Assembly: GCA_045634345.1 (NCBI GenBank)
Contig: JAZRAB010000125.1
Coordinates: 1-41,815, forward strand
Direction: 5' to 3'
DNA from: Candidatus Flemingiibacterium sp.
GTDB lineage: Bacteria; Bacillota; Clostridia; Oscillospirales; CAG-272
DNA length: 41,815 nucleotides
Shown: in pieces, positions 9,762-18,573 of the stretch
Layout: every line of letters begins with the position of its first letter
Numbering within the stretch: position 1 is the stretch's first letter
Notes under the pieces: model-generated
What the model saw: only the letters and a program-made list of their open reading frames with translations
What the model was told of the DNA's origin: nothing
The model's database searches: none
Program-made: the position numbers and the translations under genes

Positions 9762-10567
9762 CAGAGTCCACCTCCCACGAGAAGAATAGCAAGTGAGTAG
9801 CCAATAGCTATCATAATAGCTATGACTATTGCTTGTACGATCTTTAGAGTTCCGGCAAGAGTATCACCGCCGAGAAGATCGCGCATTGCGTTACCGAGGG
9901 AGAGACCGGGGATGAGGATCATGATAGTTCCGATGATAATAAGGTCGATATTATCTCCGAGACCGATCTTCACGGAGAGGCAAGCGAGGATTCCCGCAAC
10001 AAAGGATGTAAGGGTAGTCTTTGCCATCTTGTTGAAATAGTTGATTTTAACCTCATCAAGAAGATACATGAATACAGCTATTATCGCTGCCGCTATGCCG
10101 TCACGAAGTGAACCGCCGAAGAATATCGCAAAACTTCCTGAGGCAAGAGCGTAACCGAGCATTATGACATAAAACGGGTATGCCCGACTTTTTTTGATCT
10201 CGCGGATGCGGGCATCAACGTCATCGATGCTTGGTTTCTTTTCGCAGATTTCGCGGGAGAGCGCATTATAAAGCTCAAGGCGCGTTAGATTGTTGGCAAC
10301 GTCAAAGATTCTGCGCGATTGTGTAGAGTGACTGCCGTCGGGCATATAAATCGCCACCAGAATCAGCGAGTGAATTGAAAAAACATCAATATGTGCCGCG
10401 CCGTAGGTGCGGCACACCTTTTCGATTGCAATTTCAACACGGTGTACGTCCGCACCGTTACGAAGCAGACCCTCGCCAATGTCAAGAGCAATGCGCAGTA
10501 CGTTGTCAGCAAAACTGCCTATGTACGGGGAGGTTTGAGGCAGAGAAATGTCTTTTTGGTTTATCAA
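9761..10567 (-). CDS. Threonine/serine exporter family protein, large subunit (YjjP/ThrE-like)
   Basis: This 268-aa protein has a soluble N-terminal part followed by TM helices. The pairing with the small subunit is typical of split ThrE exporters. Confidence 0.7.
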   Translation of the reverse strand: MINQKDISLPQTSPYIGSFADNVLRIALDIGEGLLRNGADVHRVEIAIEKVCRTYGAAHIDVFSIHSLILVAIYMPDGSHSTQSRRIFDVANNLTRLELYNALSREICEKKPSIDDVDARIREIKKSRAYPFYVIMLGYALASGSFAIFFGGSLRDGIAAAIIAVFMYLLDEVKINYFNKMAKTTLTSFVAGILACLSVKIGLGDNIDLIIIGTIMILIPGLSLGNAMRDLLGGDTLAGTLKIVQAIVIAIMIAIGYSLAILLVGGGL

Positions 10568-10600
10568 GCTATTATCCTGCTTTCTTAATACTGTTTTTCT

Positions 10601-12106
10601 TTATTCGCCTATTGAAACGAACTTGTTCGCCGCGTGAATATACGCAAGGATACTCGATTCAATAATATCCGTTGACAATCCGCGTCCGTTGTAGGTTTCG
10701 CCGCCGCAGCTGATTTTTACCATTACTTCGCCGAGCGTGTCTTTACCCTCGGACGTTGAGCGTATTGAGTAGTTATCAAGTGTATGGGGGGGCAGCTTCA
10801 TTATTTTATCTATAGCATTATATGCCGCATCGATAGGACCGTCGCCGAGGGAGACTTCCTCGTACACCTTTCCGTCTCGCTTCAAACGGATAACGCAGGT
10901 AGGGCTTGTATAATTTCCTGCATGCACGTCAAAACGGTCAAGCTCATATATGCCTGCAACATTACGCACGCGGATGAGCGCCTCGAGGTCGCGGTCGGTG
11001 ACATTCTGTTTTTTATCGCAGATTTCCTTGAATTTTTCGAAATATTTGTCAAGCTGCTCTGCGGTAAGCTCAAATCCGAGCTCGGACAGCCTCTCCTCGA
11101 AAGCGTGTCTGCCCGAATGCTTGCCGAGCACCATTTTGTTCGGTTTCTTACCGATATCCTCGGGGGCAATAATTTCATATGTTTCGCGCGCGGCGAGGAC
11201 ACCGTGCTGATGGATACCCGATTCGTGGGCGAATGCATTTGCTCCGACAATTGCTTTATTCATCGGAACAGTCTGACCTGTGATGTTGTAGATAAGCTTG
11301 CTTGTACGCCAGATCTGCTTTGTGTCGATACGGCAGGAAGCGTCATATATATCGCCTCGGGTTTTGAGTGCCATAACGACCTCTTCGAGCGCAGTGTTTC
11401 CTGCACGCTCGCCGATGCCGTTGACGGTACATTCTATCTGACCTGCGCCGCCGAGTACGCCTGCGAGTGAATTGGCAGTGGCACTGCCGAGGTCATTGTG
11501 GCAGTGTACGGACAGTGTTGCCTTATCGATCCCCTCGACATTTGATCGCAGATATTCGATCATCGCACGTATCTCGGTCGGGGTGGTGTATCCTACGGTG
11601 TCGGGGATGTTGATAGTCGTTGCACCAGCCAAAATAGCTACTCTTACGATCTTGGCGAGAAATTCCGGCTCGCTGCGCATAGCATCCTCGGCAGAGAACT
11701 CCACATCCGAAGTCAAGGATTTTGCGTATGCAACCATAGCCGAAACGCGCTCAAGGACCTTTTCGGGCGTCATTTTCAGCTTGTGCTGCATATGTATTGG
11801 AGAGGTGGCAAGAAAGAGGTGTATGCGCGCAGATTCCGCCGCTTTGATGGCATTATACGCCGCATCTATATCCTGCGTGATAGCGCGTGCAAGTCCACAA
11901 ACAGTAGAATTTTTTATGGTACGCGCGATTTCGCAAACGGAATCGAAGTCACCCTTTGATGATATTGGAAAACCTGCTTCAATAACATCAACCCCAAGAC
12001 GCTCAAGCTGTCTTGCAATCTCTAATTTTTCCTCGGGATTCATTGAGCAGCCCGGGGACTGCTCGCCGTCGCGCAGGGTTGTATCGAAAATTTTTATATT
12101 TCGCAT
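10601..12106 (-). CDS. leuA: 2-isopropylmalate synthase
   Basis: The translation has MRNIKIFDTTLRDGEQSPG, HCHNDLG and a C-terminal LeuA dimerisation/regulatory domain. I chose the internal ATG at 12106 because the family N-terminus begins there. The track ORF extends to 12169 and would overlap the end of ilvN. Confidence 0.9.
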   Translation of the reverse strand: MRNIKIFDTTLRDGEQSPGCSMNPEEKLEIARQLERLGVDVIEAGFPISSKGDFDSVCEIARTIKNSTVCGLARAITQDIDAAYNAIKAAESARIHLFLATSPIHMQHKLKMTPEKVLERVSAMVAYAKSLTSDVEFSAEDAMRSEPEFLAKIVRVAILAGATTINIPDTVGYTTPTEIRAMIEYLRSNVEGIDKATLSVHCHNDLGSATANSLAGVLGGAGQIECTVNGIGERAGNTALEEVVMALKTRGDIYDASCRIDTKQIWRTSKLIYNITGQTVPMNKAIVGANAFAHESGIHQHGVLAARETYEIIAPEDIGKKPNKMVLGKHSGRHAFEERLSELGFELTAEQLDKYFEKFKEICDKKQNVTDRDLEALIRVRNVAGIYELDRFDVHAGNYTSPTCVIRLKRDGKVYEEVSLGDGPIDAAYNAIDKIMKLPPHTLDNYSIRSTSEGKDTLGEVMVKISCGGETYNGRGLSTDIIESSILAYIHAANKFVSIGE

Positions 12107-12161
12107 GGTATGACCTTTCGTATTTTTATAGTGAGGAGGACCCCTATGGATTTGGCGATGA

Positions 12162-12671
12162 TTACTCATCGTCTCTGTTTATCAGAGAACCGCTTCCGCG
12201 CTCAAGTGCAACAACGCCGGTACGGCACATTTCGATGATACCGTATGGGGCGACAAAATCGATGAACGCATCTATCTTCGAGCTTTGACCTGTCATTTCG
12301 ATGCACAATTCATCGGGAGTGAAGTCAACGACCTTACAGCGGAATACATTTACCGCGTCGATGATTTCACCGCGTGTCTGCCCGGTTGCGCGGAGCTTTA
12401 TCAGCATAAGCTCACGGATTACGGTTGATTCGGGAGCCATAAGGTCGATTTTTACGACATCATGAAGCTTACGAAGCTGTTTTATTATCTGCTCCTTTGT
12501 GGCATCATCGCCGGTTGCGGTGATGGTTATACGTGAGTACGCACGGTCTTCGGTCTCACCCACAGTCAAGCTGTCAATATTGAAGCCGCGGCGTGCGAAA
12601 AGGCTTGTGACGCGCATGAGGACGCCGTATTGGTTAGATACGAGTACACCAAGGACGAATTTGTTGTTCAT
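12162..12671 (-). CDS. ilvN: Acetolactate synthase small (regulatory) subunit
   Basis: This 169-aa ACT-domain protein (LGVLVSNQYGVLMRVTSLFARRGFNIDSLTVG) lies directly downstream of ilvB. Confidence 0.9.
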   Translation of the reverse strand: MNNKFVLGVLVSNQYGVLMRVTSLFARRGFNIDSLTVGETEDRAYSRITITATGDDATKEQIIKQLRKLHDVVKIDLMAPESTVIRELMLIKLRATGQTRGEIIDAVNVFRCKVVDFTPDELCIEMTGQSSKIDAFIDFVAPYGIIEMCRTGVVALERGSGSLINRDDE

Positions 12672-12686
12672 GATATATTTCCTACC

Positions 12687-14321
12687 TTATCTGTCGATTT
12701 GAGTGACGGTTTCATCAGTCATGATATCGCAGTCAATAACAAACGGAAGCTTGTTTTTTTGGTCGAATGCTTTATCAAGTGCAGATGTCAACTCTGCCAT
12801 ATTGCTTACCTTCGCACCGTCTGCGCCGAATGCTTTTGCGAGCAGTGCAAAATCGGTTTTGCGTTTGAGTGAGGTTTGGCTCTCTCGTCCAAACATGGCT
12901 TTCTGCCATTGCCTTACCATGCCGAGTGAGCGATTGTTCATTATAACGATTACAAGCGGAAGCTGATAGCTTACTGCGGTTGCAAGCTCATTCAAGTTCA
13001 TGCCAAAGCTGCCGTCTCCCGTGAATAGGACAGTACGTGCGCTGCCTTTGGCGATGGAAGAACCGATAGCCGCGCCCATGCCAAATCCCATTGTGCCGAG
13101 TCCGCCGCTTGTTAAGAAATTGCGCTCGCCGGATACAGGATAGCGCTGTGCCGTCCACATCTGATGCTGCCCAACATCTGTGACAATACTTAATCCGCGT
13201 GAATATTCGGCAACTGTATCAATGACAGTATACGGAGTTAGTTTGTCCGAAACGCAAGTAGCCTCAGTGCAGGGAAGTGTATTAATAAAGCTGTTCCATT
13301 CGGTGTGCTTTTTTTCTTCAAGGACTGAAAGAAGCTTTGTAAGCGCAGGACGAATTTCGCCTATGACATATGCCGCATCACGGACGTTTTTATCAACCTC
13401 TGCGGGGTCGATGTCAAGCTGTACTATTTTTGCGTTTTCAACTATTTCACCGTGAGCGCCGGTTGCGCGGTCAGTGAAGCGCGCGCCGATGGCGATTATC
13501 ACGTCCGCGTGTTTCATCGCACTTGTCGCTCGTGCGAGTCCATGCATGCCTGTAAGACCGAGCATAGGGTGAAAGTCACTTTCAATTGCCGAGAGTCCCA
13601 TGAGACTGCATCCGCAGGGAGCGTCAATGCGTTTTGCGAGTTCTTTAACTAAATCGCCGGCTCCGGCGCTAACAACGCCGCCGCCGCAGTATATAAACGG
13701 TCGCTTGGCGTTTGCTATTATTTCGGCTGCCGCATCAATTTCACTATCAGAAATCGGATGAGGCTTTTTGGCAGGTAAAACTACCTCTGAAAAATCGCAT
13801 TTTGCAATCTGGATATCCTTAGGGATATCGACCAAGACCGGACCGCACCGTCCCTCGCAGGCGATTGCGAATGCTTCCTTAAGAATGCGGTGAAGCTCGC
13901 GGATATCCTTTACTATGTAATTATGCTTGGTTATAGGCATGGTAATATCCGCGATATCAAGCTCCTGGAAGCTGTCGCGTCCAATTTGGTCAGTCGGCAC
14001 ATTTCCGGTTATTGCAACCATAGGCACGGAGTCGAGATACGCCGTGGCGATGCCAGTTACGAGATTTGATGCACCGGGGCCGGAGGTGGCTATAACGACA
14101 CCCACTTTTCCTGTAGTACGAGCGTATCCGTCCGCCGCGTGAGCCGCCCCCTGCTCGTGCGCCGTGAGTATGTGACGTATATAGCGGCGCTTTTTCTCAA
14201 GCTCATCGTATATATGAAGGACTTGTCCGCCGGGGTAGCCGAAAACGGTATCGACGCCCTCCTCAATGAGAGTACGAACAATTATCTCTGCTCCGCTCAT
14301 ACGCTTTAATTTATGCTCCAT
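12687..14321 (-). CDS. ilvB: Acetolactate synthase large (catalytic) subunit, ThDP-dependent
   Basis: The translation has MSGAEIIVRTLIEEGVDTVFGYPGG and ThDP motifs GGLGTMGFGMGAAIG...GDGSFGMN. Confidence 0.9.
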   Translation of the reverse strand: MEHKLKRMSGAEIIVRTLIEEGVDTVFGYPGGQVLHIYDELEKKRRYIRHILTAHEQGAAHAADGYARTTGKVGVVIATSGPGASNLVTGIATAYLDSVPMVAITGNVPTDQIGRDSFQELDIADITMPITKHNYIVKDIRELHRILKEAFAIACEGRCGPVLVDIPKDIQIAKCDFSEVVLPAKKPHPISDSEIDAAAEIIANAKRPFIYCGGGVVSAGAGDLVKELAKRIDAPCGCSLMGLSAIESDFHPMLGLTGMHGLARATSAMKHADVIIAIGARFTDRATGAHGEIVENAKIVQLDIDPAEVDKNVRDAAYVIGEIRPALTKLLSVLEEKKHTEWNSFINTLPCTEATCVSDKLTPYTVIDTVAEYSRGLSIVTDVGQHQMWTAQRYPVSGERNFLTSGGLGTMGFGMGAAIGSSIAKGSARTVLFTGDGSFGMNLNELATAVSYQLPLVIVIMNNRSLGMVRQWQKAMFGRESQTSLKRKTDFALLAKAFGADGAKVSNMAELTSALDKAFDQKNKLPFVIDCDIMTDETVTQIDR

Positions 14322-14334
14322 TAAAACACCTCAA

Positions 14335-14367
14335 TATCAAAAAATCCCGACAGATCAGGCTGTCGGG
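14335..14367 (-). terminator. Intrinsic terminator of the ilvB leader (attenuator)
   Basis: The minus strand reads CCCGACAG-CCTGAT-CTGTCGGG followed by ATTTTTTGAT. It ends only about 14 nt before the ilvB ATG. Confidence 0.75.
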
Positions 14368-14377
14368 CGAGTATGCA

Positions 14378-14476
14378 TCAGTCACAACAGAGACCAGCAC
14401 AAAAAAGCCCACTGACAGCACTTACGCCGCCGTACAGTAGGACGAGAACGGGGTTATATATGTTGCCGATTCTCAT
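14378..14476 (-). CDS. Candidate 32-aa ilv-leu leader peptide MRIGNIYNPVLVLLYGGVSAVSGLFCAGLCCD
   Basis: GGAGG lies 6 nt upstream of the ATG. The ORF sits between a consensus promoter and the attenuator terminator, and it contains the run V-L-V-L-L. It is too short for the ORF track. Confidence 0.5.
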   Translation of the reverse strand: MRIGNIYNPVLVLLYGGVSAVSGLFCAGLCCD

Positions 14477-14508
14477 GCTGTGCCTCCAAAAATATATAAT
14501 ATATGGTA

Positions 14509-14537
14509 AGTATATCATACTTTATGTGCTTTGTCAA
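14509..14537 (-). promoter_or_regulatory. Sigma-A-type promoter for the ilvB leader
   Basis: The minus strand reads TTGACA, a 17-nt spacer, then TATACT. Confidence 0.7.
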
Positions 14538-14619
14538 GAGATAAATTATTGTTTATCGGGCATTTGCTTCTTTGATTATTGCAACTCCCACGCGACGCAT
14601 TGCGCCGCCTATCGTATTT

Positions 14620-14745
14620 GCAGAGGGGAACCAATTGTCTCTCAAGCAAGACGGCTTCGCCGACTTGCTATAAAGTTCGGCAAAGCCGAACTTGCACGCA
14701 GGTCGTTTGCGACCTGCTAACGCCAATTCATAGGTTCCCCTCTGC
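14620..14745. other. GC-rich three-hairpin element closed by a 13-bp perfect inverted repeat (unclassified ncRNA or MITE-like element)
   Basis: GCAGAGGGGAACC (14620-14632) pairs with GGTTCCCCTCTGC (14733-14745). Three near-perfect hairpins lie inside: AGCAAG.CGGC-ttc-GCCG.CTTGCT, AGTTCGGC-aaa-GCCGAACT and GCAGGTCG-tttg-CGACCTGC. Confidence 0.45.
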
Positions 14746-14952
14746 ACTCCCCTCCTTGGCTCGGCTAACTCGGCTTCTAAAATATAGGTTATATCTATAA
14801 TTTCAGGCAGCCCCCGACCGAGCGGCGGCACGCCGCCGCGAGCAATACCGTCAGGCGGGGCTGTGCACCGCAAGGAGCACAAATACTCGGAGCGCAACCC
14901 ACTCGACAAACTCAAATTTATAATTAAATCTTCAAAAAACTCCAAAATTCTC

Positions 14953-14981
14953 TTGACAAATAAAAAAAGCCGTGTTATAAT
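14953..14981 (+). promoter_or_regulatory. Sigma-A-type promoter for the T-box leader
   Basis: The plus strand reads TTGACA (14953-14958), a 17-nt spacer, then TATAAT (14976-14981). Confidence 0.75.
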
Positions 14982-14987
14982 AAACTA

Positions 14988-15292
14988 ACGTGTTAAATAC
15001 ACGTATAAAAGGCTGTGACCGGGAAACGGCGTCTGCCGTGACGGTAATTTGCACTCACAGAGAGCTGCCGGTTGGTGAGAGGCGCGATTATGCAAATTCC
15101 GAATATTACTTCCCGAGAGCTGCGTCCCGAAATGACAGTAGGCGGCGACGGATCGCATCCGTTATATGCGCAGAGTATCGGCATATGCCTGTACTTGTTG
15201 AGGCTCGCGTCGTGAGACACAAGCGAACAGAGGTGGTAACACGGGAATTCTCGTCCTCTGCAGTAATAACTGCGGAAGGGCGTTTTTGTTTT
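14988..15292 (+). promoter_or_regulatory. T-box riboswitch leader (tRNA-sensing transcription attenuator)
   Basis: Stem I shows a GA/K-turn context (GTGA...GAGA), an AG bulge AGAGAG and a distal loop GGTTGGTGAGAG. An F-box CCGTTA is present, and the T-box sequence AGAGGTGGTAACACGGG lies at 15229-15246. A terminator stem at 15252-15282 is followed by TTTTTGTTTT. The feature occupies the false N-terminal third of track ORF 14990..16879. Confidence 0.85.
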
Positions 15293-15325
15293 GAACTCCT
15301 TTCCGACAACGAAAGGAGTATTTTT

Positions 15326-16879
15326 ATGCTTGCAAAAATTCTTATGATCGTTATCTTTTTCGCTATTACCATCGCCGTCGGCGTATACTGCCGCAAAAAA
15401 GCAACCGACGTCAACGGTTTCGTTCTCGGTGGACGTGAGGTCGGTCCGTGGCTGACTGCCTTTGCCTACGGAACGTCCTATTTCTCCGCAGTCGTTTTTG
15501 TCGGATACGCGGGACAGTTTGGCTGGAAGTACGGTATGGCGGCAACATGGATAGGTATTGGCAACGCTATAATCGGGAGCTTGCTTGCGTGGGTTGTACT
15601 CGGCAGACGTACACGTGTTATGACACATCATCTCGGTGCTTCCACCATGCCGGAATATTTTGAAAAGCGTTTTGGCTCAAAGGCGCTTAAGCTTGCGGCG
15701 GCACTTATTACTTTCGTATTTCTGATTCCTTACACAGCCTCGGTTTATAACGGTCTGTCGAGACTTTTTGGAATGGCATTCAGTATTCCGTATGAGATTT
15801 GCGTTGTCGTTATGGCACTTCTCACCGGTGTTTATGTCATTCTTGGCGGATACATGGCTACTGCTGTCAATGACTTTATTCAGGGTATAATCATGCTTGT
15901 CGGTATTATTGCGGTTATCGTTTCAGTCTTATCAGGAGAGGGCGGATTTACCGAGTCGGTCATCAAGCTTTCACAGGTTACTGATCCCACCGTTCCCGAG
16001 GGCATGCAGGGAGCATTTATTTCAATGTTCGGTCCCGATCCGAAGAACCTTCTCGGCGTTGTGATACTTACCTCGCTCGGCACATGGGGGCTTCCTCAAA
16101 TGGTGCAGAAATTCTATGCTATAAAATCCGAAAAGGCAATTAACAAAGGTACTATAATTTCTACAATATTTGCAGTTGTTGTTTCCGGCGGATGCTATTT
16201 TCTAGGTGGATTCGGCAGACTTACCGACGGTTCCGCAATGCTCGAATATAGCGCGAACGGGGCGCTTGTCTACGACTCGGTTATACCTGCAATCCTTGCA
16301 AAGCTCCCGGATATTCTTATAGGTATCGTTATCGTGCTCGTTCTCTCGGCGTCGATGTCAACGCTTTCGAGCCTCGTACTCACGTCAAGCTCGACAATCA
16401 CACTTGACCTGATTAAAGACAATATAGTTAAGAAGATGAGTGAAAAGAAACAGCTTCTTTTCATCCGCATTTTCCTTGCGATATTTATTGTGATTTCGGC
16501 GGCGATTGCTATTTTCCAATATCAGTCGTCAAGCACGTTTATTGCACAGCTTATGGGTATTTCGTGGGGGGCGCTCGCCGGAGCATTCCTGGCACCGTTC
16601 ATGTACGGTCTCTATTCAAAACGCATAAGCGTGGCATCTGTTTGGGTAAGCTTTGCGATTGGTGTTGGACTTACCGTTTCAAATATGTTCTTTAAATTTA
16701 TCGCATCTCCCATCAATGCAGGCGCGGTGGCAATGGTGCTCGGACTTATCGCAGTACCGATTGTCAGCCTTATCACTCCAAAGCCCCAAAAGGTAGATGT
16801 AGAGGGAATATTTGCCTGCTACGATAAGGAAGTTGTTGTGCGTAAAAAGATTTCAATCGGCGAAGAAGAGGACAAGTAA
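15326..16879 (+). CDS. Sodium:solute symporter family transporter (PutP/PanF-like); probable amino-acid transporter given the T-box
   Basis: ATG at 15326 is preceded by AAAGGAG. The product MLAKILMIVIFFAITIAVGVY... is polytopic throughout. Upstream residues of the track ORF are riboswitch RNA. Confidence 0.85.
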   Translation: MLAKILMIVIFFAITIAVGVYCRKKATDVNGFVLGGREVGPWLTAFAYGTSYFSAVVFVGYAGQFGWKYGMAATWIGIGNAIIGSLLAWVVLGRRTRVMTHHLGASTMPEYFEKRFGSKALKLAAALITFVFLIPYTASVYNGLSRLFGMAFSIPYEICVVVMALLTGVYVILGGYMATAVNDFIQGIIMLVGIIAVIVSVLSGEGGFTESVIKLSQVTDPTVPEGMQGAFISMFGPDPKNLLGVVILTSLGTWGLPQMVQKFYAIKSEKAINKGTIISTIFAVVVSGGCYFLGGFGRLTDGSAMLEYSANGALVYDSVIPAILAKLPDILIGIVIVLVLSASMSTLSSLVLTSSSTITLDLIKDNIVKKMSEKKQLLFIRIFLAIFIVISAAIAIFQYQSSSTFIAQLMGISWGALAGAFLAPFMYGLYSKRISVASVWVSFAIGVGLTVSNMFFKFIASPINAGAVAMVLGLIAVPIVSLITPKPQKVDVEGIFACYDKEVVVRKKISIGEEEDK

Positions 16880-17029
16880 CCGCCTTTTTCGTGCCGTTTG
16901 CCCTCCACCGCTCACGCGGCGGAGGGCATTCCTTATAGCTAACCGCAAATAAATTGTAAGATACTATTGTAATTCTAACAAACATATGCTATAATAAAAT
17001 CAATAAAAATATTTTTGTGAGGTGTTATT

Positions 17030-17470
17030 ATGCTTAAAGGTATTCCGAAAATTCTTCCCCCCGAGCTTCTCAAGGTCCTCTGTGAAATGGGACATAGCGA
17101 CAGAATTTGTATCGCTGACGGCAATTTTCCCTCTGAGTCCATCGGTAAAGATGCTATAGTCATCCGTATGGACGGTCATGGGGTTCCCGAAATTCTTGAC
17201 GCCATTCTGACTGTTTTTCCGCTTGACACATACGTTGAAAAGCCTGCAGTTTTGATGCAGCTCATGGCAAGTGATGTGGGAAAGGTGGAAACTCCTATAT
17301 GGGACGTTTATGCCGATATAATCGCAAAGCATGACAATCGCGGGAAAGCGGCTATCGGAAATATTGACCGCTTCGATTTCTATGACGAGGCTAAAAAATG
17401 TTACTGTATAATCGCAACCGGTGAGAGCGCTATCTACGCTAATATTATGCTTCAAAAGGGCGTCATTTGA
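17030..17470 (+). CDS. fucU: L-fucose mutarotase / RbsD-FucU family protein
   Basis: The translation MLKGIPKILPPELLKVLCEMGHSDRICIADGNFP is the typical FucU N-terminus. Confidence 0.8.
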   Translation: MLKGIPKILPPELLKVLCEMGHSDRICIADGNFPSESIGKDAIVIRMDGHGVPEILDAILTVFPLDTYVEKPAVLMQLMASDVGKVETPIWDVYADIIAKHDNRGKAAIGNIDRFDFYDEAKKCYCIIATGESAIYANIMLQKGVI

Positions 17471-17484
17471 CGAAGTAACTGATT

Positions 17485-18012
17485 ATGACAGATATTATTG
17501 CACAAGGCTTTGGGATAATAGGGCTTGTAATCATAGTGCTGTCCTTTCAGTGTAAGCGGAACAGTATATTCTTTTTGATGCAGGGACTTGGCAGTCTTAT
17601 GTTTGTTGTGAATTTCGGGCTGATTAAAGCATGGGGCGGTGCACTTTTCAATCTTTGCAATCTTTTGCGAGGCTCTTTGTTTTCTGTGAACTCAAAAAAA
17701 GCGTGGAAGCTTGCCGTTGTGGAGGCTGCTTACGCTGTCAGCTTTGCTTTTTCGGTGTATCTTGATCATTCTGTGCGCCAGGTGATTCTTGTGGCACTTC
17801 CGTGTATAGCTCTGCTTGCCAACAGCGTTTTTATGTGGATAGGAAATCCGAAGCATATCCGCTACTGTCAGATAGCCTTCGCCTCCCCTGCATGGATAAT
17901 ACATAACATATTCAATCTCTCCATAGGTGGTCTGCTTTGCGAATCATTTAACATGGTTTCTTCCGCTATATATTTAATACGGACACGTGCAGACAACGAT
18001 CAAATAAAATAA
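17485..18012 (+). CDS. YgjV-like inner membrane protein
   Basis: This 175-aa protein has five to six TM helices and resembles the Imp-YgjV family from memory. Confidence 0.55.
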   Translation: MTDIIAQGFGIIGLVIIVLSFQCKRNSIFFLMQGLGSLMFVVNFGLIKAWGGALFNLCNLLRGSLFSVNSKKAWKLAVVEAAYAVSFAFSVYLDHSVRQVILVALPCIALLANSVFMWIGNPKHIRYCQIAFASPAWIIHNIFNLSIGGLLCESFNMVSSAIYLIRTRADNDQIK

Positions 18013-18071
18013 ATGCAAAAAGCCGTTCCACGCCGCTAAGGCGGGAATGGCTTTTTAAGTGCAAATTGATT

Positions 18072-18497
18072 TTACAAAAATCTCGCTAAATTATCCGCGG
18101 TGCTTTTCTCGAAATCGAGAATTTCCTCTGCAAGCTGTCGAGCCTCACCCGTCGGGTTGTTCTCGTTAAATTGCTTTTCGATGTTGATAATGCCCATAGT
18201 TGCACCGTTTATCATCATTTCTGCGATGTGAGAGGTGGTGGTATCGAGCATTGTGTTAAAGGTCATGCCAATCTTGCTGCCAGCCTTTGCCATCATTCCG
18301 GGTTCCTCAGGCTTTAATCCGCGTTCTGCCAAAAGGTCGGCAGCGCGTGATGAATATTCACGGTAACGCTCAAGCTCACGAGTCATCTCGGCACGCATCT
18401 GCGGATTTTGTGCCTTGTCCATCAGATTGACAAGCGAGTCACCGCCCATGGTTGTGTTCTTATAAAGCTCCTGAAGTAAAGTTTCGTTTTTATCCAT
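18072..18497 (-). CDS. Hypothetical helical protein
   Basis: The ORF is clean but matches no recognisable family. I chose the internal ATG at 18497 because the longer start at 18518 abuts the metA terminator hairpin. Confidence 0.5.
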   Translation of the reverse strand: MDKNETLLQELYKNTTMGGDSLVNLMDKAQNPQMRAEMTRELERYREYSSRAADLLAERGLKPEEPGMMAKAGSKIGMTFNTMLDTTTSHIAEMMINGATMGIINIEKQFNENNPTGEARQLAEEILDFEKSTADNLARFL

Positions 18498-18515
18498 GAT
18501 ATCACTTCCAAAATA

Positions 18516-18551
18516 CAATAATACCGCGAGTGTATACTCGCGGTATTATTG
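18516..18551 (-). terminator. Perfect 16-bp hairpin downstream of metA
   Basis: The sequence is CAATAATACCGCGAGT-gtat-ACTCGCGGTATTATTG. On the minus strand it is followed by TATTTT. Confidence 0.65.
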
Positions 18552-18573
18552 TTTGCGCAAATGTAGAAAATAT

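Noticed and set aside
10784-12113. Long plus-strand ORFs 10784..11470 and 11472..12113; similar cases are 30622..31578, 24360..24983, 14993..15631 and 39945..40475
   Set aside because: They are antisense shadows of well-supported genes (leuA, aspartate kinase, the PurM-like gene, the symporter and the DUF2828-like gene). They have no motifs or RBSs.
14553-14945. 130-aa minus-strand ORF
   Set aside because: It has no RBS, and its composition is driven by GC-rich palindromes. It spans hairpins and inverted repeats and would run through the region upstream of the ilv leader promoter.
14990-15325. N-terminal 112 codons of track ORF 14990..16879
   Set aside because: This stretch contains every T-box leader element and a terminator. 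The true start is the RBS-preceded ATG at 15326.
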